A DNA stretch of 64,000 nt, taken from an uncultured bacterium (GTDB taxonomy: Bacteria > Patescibacteriota > Microgenomatia > Levybacterales > UBA12049). The notes beneath the pieces are model-generated. The model did not search any database and was not told where the DNA came from. It worked only from the letters and a program-made list of their open reading frames with translations. Made by a program: the position numbers and the translations under genes. The stretch is taken from NCBI GenBank assembly GCA_963826535.1, contig CAWGXL010000010.1:362814-426813 (forward strand). The letters run 5' to 3'. Below, piece after piece: positions 57,239 to 64,000 of this stretch (its first letter is position 1; every line of letters begins with the position of its first letter).

Positions 57239-57985
57239 TCAATTGGAATACTCTTTTTTTAATTGCCCAATTGACTTATCTCGTATATTATCCACGGTAG
57301 CAAGAACTTGCCTTAGTGCTTCGTCGTATGCATTTACATCTTTTGCTTTTACTTCTTCAAGCCCATCTTTATAAATCTTAAGAACTTTCATGAGATCCTC
57401 ACCCGAACCATCAAGTTCACTTAAATCGCCGGATTTTGCTGATTTCTTTATTGCATCCGCTCTGTCCTTAACCTCCTCTACAAAATTAAGCTTCGCAAAC
57501 ATACCCAAATCCTGTATGTAATTTGTTGCAGCCTCTTTCATCTCCTGCGCCCTACGATCAGCGGGTGATAAATCATTAGTTGAATGCCTTTTCCCGGAAT
57601 CGACCTGCTCCACCGCAGCGTTCTGAAATGCGACATTCTCTGCTAACACCTCTTTAGACTGAAAAACTACAAGTATAGACGAAGCAAGAAGTAAACTGGC
57701 CAATCTCATTTTCCTGGTATTACTTCCCGATTTAGCCGGTTTACTTAGAACTCCTCCAAGAGTACTTTTTTCATTCATAACCATACGTATGCTATCTTTT
57801 TTTGGGTCTTCATCCACGGCTTGAATAGCCAAAGTTAACATCCTGTCTGCCATCCGATCGAAATTACCTCTCGATTCATCTTGTGGATTTACAACTTCCA
57901 CTTTTGGACTTTTCAATTCTGGCCTACTTGCATCTAATGCCTTTACTTTTTTCTCAGTTGTTAACTTATCAACTCCTTCTTCCAT
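57239..57985 (-). CDS. Hypothetical protein with one internal hydrophobic segment
   Basis: 248-aa ORF, charged helical composition. Confidence 0.6.
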   Translation of the reverse strand: MEEGVDKLTTEKKVKALDASRPELKSPKVEVVNPQDESRGNFDRMADRMLTLAIQAVDEDPKKDSIRMVMNEKSTLGGVLSKPAKSGSNTRKMRLASLLLASSILVVFQSKEVLAENVAFQNAAVEQVDSGKRHSTNDLSPADRRAQEMKEAATNYIQDLGMFAKLNFVEEVKDRADAIKKSAKSGDLSELDGSGEDLMKVLKIYKDGLEEVKAKDVNAYDEALRQVLATVDNIRDKSIGQLKKEYSN

Positions 57986-58027
57986 ATGTAATTAAGAATT
58001 ATTATTTAATACCTTTTCAGCCCATTC

Positions 58028-58321
58028 TCATCCTTGCTGCCTGGCATCAAACAACTCAAGATATTCAACCTCTTCTTCAACAAGAATTTTCCATGCAGTC
58101 TGATCACTTTTCGCTAATGCCGCTTCTTTCCTCCGGCTGAACTCTGTATAACGTCTGACCTCTTCGGGAAAATCCGCAAAGAACTCGAGCAATGTTTCCT
58201 GTATTTCCTTAGGCGCACGACTAAATCGCTCCCGCCAAAACACGCGATCTTCCTCCAATGCCCCGCTCCACTCCAATAGAATATTCAACCGTTTCAAAAT
58301 ATCTCCCTGATCCATATACAA
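58028..58321 (-). CDS. Hypothetical helical protein
   Basis: 97-aa ORF, visibly more GC-rich than its neighbours. Confidence 0.55.
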   Translation of the reverse strand: MYMDQGDILKRLNILLEWSGALEEDRVFWRERFSRAPKEIQETLLEFFADFPEEVRRYTEFSRRKEAALAKSDQTAWKILVEEEVEYLELFDARQQG

Positions 58322-58549
58322 TTCTCATTATAATATTAACACGTGATAATTAGCGTCGCAAGTTAAGCAAATTACAGTTCTGACTGTTGTAATTTTCATT
58401 TAGAAGTTACTTCTTTATCCATAAAGTTAAAATTATAAATAGTAATATTTCATCAATTCAACTTCATATCTAACGTCAATATAACCCCCATTTACCTCGC
58501 CTTCTCCGCATACCCAAACCACTAATAGTAGCGTTTGCTAAATTTCTGT

Positions 58550-58577
58550 GGTAGCCTACCGAACAATGTCCGGACTT
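58550..58577 (+). repeat. 28-bp imperfect direct repeat, copy A
   Basis: GGTAGCCTACCGAACAATGTCCGGACTT; 24/28 identical to 61569-61596. Confidence 0.65.
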
Positions 58578-58626
58578 ATTACTCGAGTATAATCACTCAA
58601 GAACTACAATTCTAAAATGAATCTTT

Positions 58627-58851
58627 TTATGCTTTTTCGTCCTCAGCAGTATAAACCTCAACTAAATTACAATTTGGACATCTAAATGCAACAACACCAT
58701 AGGCAGGAAGAGCTTCACAACCTTTAACAACATTCTCAAAAACTTCATCATATTCTTTTCCAGACCAAACCAAACCATTCGCCAAAAATCGACCTGGGAA
58801 CATTTCAGTTTTACATTTAGGACAATTAATTTTACTTTTCTTAGTTACCAT
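58627..58851 (-). CDS. Small Zn-ribbon protein (DUF6487-like)
   Basis: 'CPKCKTEMFPG...AFRCPNCNLV'; AAAGGTGGTG RBS. Confidence 0.7.
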   Translation of the reverse strand: MVTKKSKINCPKCKTEMFPGRFLANGLVWSGKEYDEVFENVVKGCEALPAYGVVAFRCPNCNLVEVYTAEDEKA

Positions 58852-59106
58852 ATTCCCACCACCTTTAGTAATATATTACCTCAGTTGAGTAAATTAATCA
58901 TCACATTATTCTTTTAAGAAGTACACTTCGCAGAGTTTGTAAATTCTAATTCAGTATTGGGTTGAATTTTTAGATTTATTTATCTGAACTAAAAAACTTA
59001 AGATAGCCTATCGATGGATGATATAGCTAATTTTTCTACTCTAAGACTTTAAATGATTTCCAAAGTATCTTTTAAAGGCCAGCAAGAAACGGTTATTTAG
59101 AGGGGG

Positions 59107-59607
59107 TTAGATTTGCGCTTGATTAGATTGTTGGGAGATAATTGCATTTGCAAGAGAAGTTAACTTTTTATCTATTTCTCCTTCTTTATCTGTAATTTCA
59201 TCAATCATCTGTGCTATATTATCATGATCCATTTTTTCTGCATAATTACTTGCTGTGCCACAGGAAACGATTTCGTAATGTTTGATGCGTTGGGCAAGAG
59301 CAATAAGCATAAGATCTGCTTCTAGCGATGGTTGCATTTCTTCCAAGTGTTTACTAGCTTCATCAAGAATTCCCTCCATTGCCAGACACGCTGTGCCCTC
59401 AAGATCAATATCTAGCTCTTTTCCAATCTTCTCAATCTTTTCAATCAATCTATATGTTTCTTCATGACCTTTTGTAAGATATCGTTTCAACTCAGGATTC
59501 TTGGTTTTGACAATAAATTGAGGCATAGCCATAGCTATCTGCTGTTCGGCATCATACATATCCTCAAGCTCGTCAATGAGTAATGGGTGGAGAAATGCAT
59601 TTTTCAT
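59107..59607 (-). CDS. Ferritin-like DUF892 (YciE/YciF) protein
   Basis: 'ELEDMYDAEQQ', 'HEET', 'CLAMEGIL', 'AQRIKHYEI'. Confidence 0.88.
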   Translation of the reverse strand: MKNAFLHPLLIDELEDMYDAEQQIAMAMPQFIVKTKNPELKRYLTKGHEETYRLIEKIEKIGKELDIDLEGTACLAMEGILDEASKHLEEMQPSLEADLMLIALAQRIKHYEIVSCGTASNYAEKMDHDNIAQMIDEITDKEGEIDKKLTSLANAIISQQSNQAQI

Positions 59608-59734
59608 ATACAAATTACTTTAAAGAAAAAATGTAAAAAGTAGACTTAAAAGGAGTAAGAGAGGAGTAAATGATTAGAGAAGAGCTGCGGAGGATATAGA
59701 GAGAGCTAGTCGTAGCTCGTCCTTTTTTTCCAAG

Positions 59735-60313
59735 CTATCGCGTCGGCTCGAGGAGCACCCAATTATGCGATACGTAGGGTTCACTACAGAGATTACGGTT
59801 AAAACAGCAGGGGCGTCTCATTCCTTTGTTGAGTTTGTCGAGCGCAACTTCTATATGCTTTTGGCGGGTCTCCGGTGTTTTGACAGCGCGTATCCAGCGA
59901 ATCCAATCCCAACGGGCAAGTGGGGTAATATCCTTCCATAAAGCCTCGGCTTTTGGGGAAGTTGCCAAAGCTTTTTTTAAATCTTCAGGAACTTCCGGCT
60001 CTATCCATTCTTTGGTCGGTTCAAGCGAAACTTGTACAGTATCGCCTGCCTTTGCGGAAGCGTCATCAAGCAACTTTTTGTCAGGTCTAAACCAGTGGCT
60101 CGGTTTTTGCCCTGGTGCATACCTCCCATCCGGTTCGAGCAAGGCTTTAAAAGGAGCGCCATTGATAGTCCCTGAAACCATTGTCATACCTCTTGACGGA
60201 AGCTTTGCGGAGGCACTCTCAGGTAGTCTGAGAATGGTCCAGGAGCCGATTTTAAACAGTTTAGTTTCAAAACGGATTGTCGACATATTTCCTTGATCAT
60301 TGTTTTCTACCAT
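59735..60313 (-). CDS. DUF1905 plus YdeI/OmpD-associated domain protein
   Basis: 'KLPSRGMTMVSGTING', 'VPEDLKKAL', 'ITPLARWDWIRWI...KTPETR', 'RRPCCF'. Confidence 0.85.
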   Translation of the reverse strand: MVENNDQGNMSTIRFETKLFKIGSWTILRLPESASAKLPSRGMTMVSGTINGAPFKALLEPDGRYAPGQKPSHWFRPDKKLLDDASAKAGDTVQVSLEPTKEWIEPEVPEDLKKALATSPKAEALWKDITPLARWDWIRWIRAVKTPETRQKHIEVALDKLNKGMRRPCCFNRNLCSEPYVSHNWVLLEPTR

Positions 60314-60462
60314 AATATTTATTATACCAAATCCTCACTTTTTGGTCGAAGATCACAAGTTCTATAAACGATCGCCCCCCTCACGACCAAGTAAAATAGG
60401 CTCATAATTGGCATCTATATGTAATTAATTGACAAATACATAGTCCCATAATATAATACGCT

Positions 60463-61482
60463 GTGTCCAACTACACGAATCAGCCATATTTTTTCTCAAG
60501 CGATCTATATTTGAAAACACTTGCCGAAGTGTTTTTTTCGAATGACACCTATGAAATAAAAAATAGTACCGTAGAAGATCAGACGTTTCGGCTCTTATAT
60601 GTGAACAACAAGCCTATCACATCTTTTCCATTTCTAGATTTTCTTATCCCTTTTAATACGCAGGATAAAGCAGCTTCCACAATACCCTATATTCAGAGAG
60701 TTGCACTTGAGGAAGTCGTATATCAACAAGAGCAAACAGAAAGTACTTCTCTCACACATGAGGATGAACAAATCGCTCCATTTATTGCCCTTTCATCATA
60801 TCCATCATGGGAACAGTATATGACTAGCGTAAAAGAAAAAAATAGTAAATTTATTACTGATACTGCAAGAAGATTACGCAAACTGGAAACAGATTATGGA
60901 CAGGTTACTTTTAACTATAAAGATTTAAGTGAAGAAACTTTTAAAAAGCTAGTAGCTTGGAAATCGAGTCACTATGATGCTTTTGGTGGAACAACAATGT
61001 TTCTGGACAAAAGAATACTTACTTTTTTCAAAGCACTTGAGAAAAAAGGTGCTGTTATAATTTCTTCAATTTCAGTAAATAACACTGTTATAGCAGCACA
61101 CCTTGGTGCATATGATGGCACAACACTATATTCCTGGATCCCGTCCTACGACAAAACATTTGCTAAATATTCTCCCGGTAGAATTCTTCTTACCATGATC
61201 CTTGAGGAATGTTACTCTCAAGGCATCAAAACCTTTGATTTCCTGCTTGGAGGAGAAAATTATAAATGGTATTTTGCTACACATTTCCGCCCAATTACAT
61301 CGATTGGAACAATGCCATTTAATCAAAACATATTGAGGTCAAGCCAAGGAATCATTAAAAAGACAATGCTACATATCTCTCCTTCATTTTTTTACCGTAG
61401 TAAAAAAGTATTAATTCTTATGGCATCACCATTTTATTCAATAAGGAATCAAAAAAATATCACCCACCACGCAACCCAGTAG
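60463..61482 (+). CDS. GNAT family acetyltransferase (CelD/BcsL-like)
   Basis: 'RRLRKLE', 'YDKTFAKYSPGRILL', 'FDFLLGGENYK'; TTGACA-17-TATAAT promoter 5 nt before the GTG. Confidence 0.82.
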   Translation: MSNYTNQPYFFSSDLYLKTLAEVFFSNDTYEIKNSTVEDQTFRLLYVNNKPITSFPFLDFLIPFNTQDKAASTIPYIQRVALEEVVYQQEQTESTSLTHEDEQIAPFIALSSYPSWEQYMTSVKEKNSKFITDTARRLRKLETDYGQVTFNYKDLSEETFKKLVAWKSSHYDAFGGTTMFLDKRILTFFKALEKKGAVIISSISVNNTVIAAHLGAYDGTTLYSWIPSYDKTFAKYSPGRILLTMILEECYSQGIKTFDFLLGGENYKWYFATHFRPITSIGTMPFNQNILRSSQGIIKKTMLHISPSFFYRSKKVLILMASPFYSIRNQKNITHHATQ

Positions 61483-61568
61483 AAAAGTGAAAAAAGTGGA
61501 AGAAACTAACGATATTCCAGTTATATCAAACCAAAGTGCTTTTTTGCACCATCAAAAATACTCCCGTG

Positions 61569-61596
61569 GGTAGCCCACCGAACGATGTTAGGACTT
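61569..61596 (+). repeat. 28-bp imperfect direct repeat, copy B
   Basis: GGTAGCCCACCGAACGATGTTAGGACTT. Confidence 0.65.
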
Positions 61597-61746
61597 TTTT
61601 AGTTATATAAGCACTAACGAAATTGATTTCTACAAAAATTCTTTTCGATTAATTAATATTTAAAAATTTTATTCGTTTCATGCAAAGTATTTACTACCAA
61701 AGAAAGCAAGACATCAGTACCAAGACTGTGATAAAATGAGTTAAGT

Positions 61747-62652
61747 ATGCAAAAAATCCTTCCTAATTTTTGGTTTGATCATAATGCTGAGGAAGCTGTT
61801 AATTTTTATCTGTCAGTTTTTAAAGATGGCAAAATCAATGCAACGTTACATTATCCAAAAACTGAAGAAGAAGGCTTGGCTGACTTCCAAAAAGATTTAG
61901 CTGGAAAAGTACTTACTATTGATTTTGAAATAAGTGGGTTTCGATTTACTGCAATTAATGCAGATACAACGTTTAAACCAAATCCCTCAATCTCCTTTTT
62001 CTACTCCTGTAACTCAAAAAAAGAAAGTGATACGTTATGGGAGAAGTTAGCAGATGGAGGTAAGGCACTGATGGAACTTGGAGAGTACCCATTTAGTAAA
62101 TATTATGGTTGGGTACAGGATAAATTTGGTTATAGCTGGCAGCTCATATTAAATAATCCTGAAGGTGATAAACGACCCAAAATTGTACCTTCACTTATGT
62201 TTACAAAAGAGAGAGATGGACAAGCAGAGGATGCAATGAAGTTTTATATCTCAGTCTTTAAAGAAAGTGAGATAAGTAAAAACCTTAATCATTATCCCTC
62301 AGATATGTCTGACAGAGAAGGTAAGATTTCCTATGCTGATTTTAGACTGTTTGATCAATGGTTTGCTGTTATGGACGGTGGAAATGATCATGATTTTAGT
62401 TTCAATCCAGCAATTTCACTCATGGTGAAATGCAAAGGTCAAGAAGAAATTGATTATTATTGGAAAAAACTATCAGCAAATCCTGACTTTGAACAATGTG
62501 GTTGGCTTGAAGATAAATATGGTGTTAGTTGGCAAATTGCACCTGAGAATATAGATGAATTGATACGGTTGCCAGGAGCATATAAGCGTATGATGAATAT
62601 GAAAAAACTCGATATTGCTGAATTACAAAATACTGAAAAAAACGAGAAATAA
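61747..62652 (+). CDS. Two-domain VOC/PhnB-like protein (3-demethylubiquinone-9 3-methyltransferase family)
   Basis: 'ILPNFWFD...AEEAVNFY', 'YGWVQDKFGYSWQL', 'CGWLEDKYGVSWQI', 'MKKLDIAEL'. Confidence 0.9.
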   Translation: MQKILPNFWFDHNAEEAVNFYLSVFKDGKINATLHYPKTEEEGLADFQKDLAGKVLTIDFEISGFRFTAINADTTFKPNPSISFFYSCNSKKESDTLWEKLADGGKALMELGEYPFSKYYGWVQDKFGYSWQLILNNPEGDKRPKIVPSLMFTKERDGQAEDAMKFYISVFKESEISKNLNHYPSDMSDREGKISYADFRLFDQWFAVMDGGNDHDFSFNPAISLMVKCKGQEEIDYYWKKLSANPDFEQCGWLEDKYGVSWQIAPENIDELIRLPGAYKRMMNMKKLDIAELQNTEKNEK

Positions 62653-62870
62653 TCTTTTTAGGTACATTTTATAGCACCTTCTGTGATTTCTATACTGTTA
62701 CCAGTTTAAATAGAGCAGTAATCCCATTCCCCTTATTTCTACAGAGCAAACTTCTACACTCATGTTATTCCCATCCAACTCACAATATATATATAGCCAT
62801 GCAAATTCTTGTTTATAAGAAAAGTTTTGATCGTTCGGTCAAAGGTAGTAAAATATGAGGCTAATCTTCT

Positions 62871-62946
62871 TGGGGTAGCTGACGGGGATCGAACCCGCGA
62901 CTTTCAGGTCCACAACCTGACGCTCTACCACTGAGCTACAGCCACC
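62871..62946 (-). tRNA. tRNA-His (anticodon GTG) with encoded G-1 and CCA
   Basis: Minus strand G-GTGGCTG...TCAGG-TTGTGGA-CCTGA...GGTTCGATCC...CAGCTAC-C-CCA. Confidence 0.96.
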
Positions 62947-62994
62947 AAACTAAACTTTGTATAGACCAGCTGAGCTGACCCACCAATCTAAAAC

Positions 62995-63228
62995 CTATTT
63001 TAACTCATACCCTCCCGAAGGAGCTTCATCGGATTCACCAATTTCAGCATACACCTCATTCGTATCTACTTGTGGACCATCATCAAACTTATATTCTTTA
63101 TGATCCTCATCATAATCAATTAGATGCTTTTTAATTCCTGTATATAATATCTTCGCAGCATGTTCACGGCTATCGTTATATGTATAGAATACTTTAGTAC
63201 AATATGAACACGTATGCGAATAATACAT
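62995..63228 (-). CDS. Small acidic hypothetical protein, possible C2H2-like metal site
   Basis: 'CSYCTKVF...IKKHLIDYDEDH'; TATAAT 6 nt before ATG. Confidence 0.65.
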   Translation of the reverse strand: MYYSHTCSYCTKVFYTYNDSREHAAKILYTGIKKHLIDYDEDHKEYKFDDGPQVDTNEVYAEIGESDEAPSGGYELK

Positions 63229-63253
63229 ATAAGTATTATACTACATAATTTAA

Positions 63254-63463
63254 CTATTTCTTGAAGAACAAATAGAAAATTAAAGACAAAACTGCACTAA
63301 TCAACAAAGTCGAAACCCACGGAAAGTAAAAAACGAAATTATCCTTTTTAATATAAATATCCCCGGGTAACTTTGGTAGAGAAGAAAAATTTACAAAACT
63401 TAAAATAATTCCAACAATCAGAATAATAGCACCGATCAATATCAACTCTTTCCCAATATTCAT
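63254..63463 (-). CDS. DUF2905 family membrane protein
   Basis: 'LPGDIYIKKDNFVFYFPWVSTLLIS'. Confidence 0.88.
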   Translation of the reverse strand: MNIGKELILIGAIILIVGIILSFVNFSSLPKLPGDIYIKKDNFVFYFPWVSTLLISAVLSLIFYLFFKK

Positions 63464-63999
63464 TATAATCCGTCCTCCATAATTTCTCTGCGCTGCATTT
63501 GTCCTTTAAACAAAACACCAAAAATAACCCCCGCTATAAATCCTGCCACATGGGCCCAAAAAGCAATACCTCCCTGATCATTCATAAAAGGCAGCGATAC
63601 AGTTCCTGAAAATAATTGTAACAGAAACCAATACCCCAACATCAATGGAGCGTTAATTTCAATAACTGTTACAAAGAAAAATAAAAACACAAGTGTTTTA
63701 ATTTTAGAATGAGGAAACAGGACAAAATAACATCCTAAAACTCCGGCAACAGCTCCTGATGCCCCAACCATTGGAATAGATGTAGTAGGCATAAACGAAT
63801 ATTGAACCAGATTTCCCGCAATACCCGCGAACAAATATAAGAAAAAGAAAATAAATGGAGGCAAATACCCCTCGACGTCATCTCCGAATATCCAAAGAAA
63901 CCACATATTAGAAAGAATATGCAAAAATCCTCCATGCAGAAAAATCGCGGTAATAAAGGGTATAAACGTAACCAAATTAGAAAAATCAATTCTTGACGG
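63463..63999 (-). CDS. Rhomboid family intramembrane serine protease (5' partial)
   Basis: FLHGGFLHILSNM, GASGAVAG, AFWAHVAGF. Confidence 0.93.
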   Translation of the reverse strand, partial: PSRIDFSNLVTFIPFITAIFLHGGFLHILSNMWFLWIFGDDVEGYLPPFIFFFLYLFAGIAGNLVQYSFMPTTSIPMVGASGAVAGVLGCYFVLFPHSKIKTLVFLFFFVTVIEINAPLMLGYWFLLQLFSGTVSLPFMNDQGGIAFWAHVAGFIAGVIFGVLFKGQMQRREIMEDGL

Positions 64000-64000
64000 T

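Noticed and set aside
58400-58535. Short minus-strand open frame (…VWVCGEGEVNGGYIDVRYEVELMKYYYL)
   Set aside because: About 30 codons with no RBS or recognisable family; at most a gene remnant.
1-64000. CRISPR array, rRNA, intact transposase or integrase
   Set aside because: No regularly spaced repeat-spacer run, no rRNA-like segment, and no DDE, HUH or recombinase motifs in the listed ORFs.

Overview
AT-rich, gene-dense bacterial window read with the standard code. Gene content suggests a Patescibacteria (CPR, Microgenomates-like) chromosome: short TsaB, archaeal-type AspRS, separate SecD/SecF, DUF3048/DUF4446/DUF5679, and many leaderless-looking starts. This taxonomy is inference. Left to right: an ftsX-linked cell-wall locus; tsaE-tsaC-tsaB; a large nucleotide-sugar and glycosylation cluster (rmlACBD, ugd, rmd, gmd, UXS-like, GT2-GtrA, GT-C); an accessory block beside tRNA-Gln; housekeeping genes (gltX, aspS, recJ, cca, secDF); a gpsA/nitrilase/PPTase/ACP locus; and a second accessory block beside tRNA-His. 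The most striking unannotated signal is a duplicated ~170-bp leader at 32294-32467 and 34169-34340. Each copy has a perfect sigma70 promoter, a short uORF with a conserved QQ...VT...LLRT peptide, and mutually exclusive 1:2, 2:3 and 3:4 hairpins ending in an intrinsic terminator, i.e. a classical attenuator layout. The first copy precedes a 529-aa 'hypothetical' protein whose C-terminal half carries recognisable but degenerate RelA/SpoT synthetase motifs. No rRNA, CRISPR array or intact transposase/integrase was seen. All family calls come from motif recognition by eye, not database searches.
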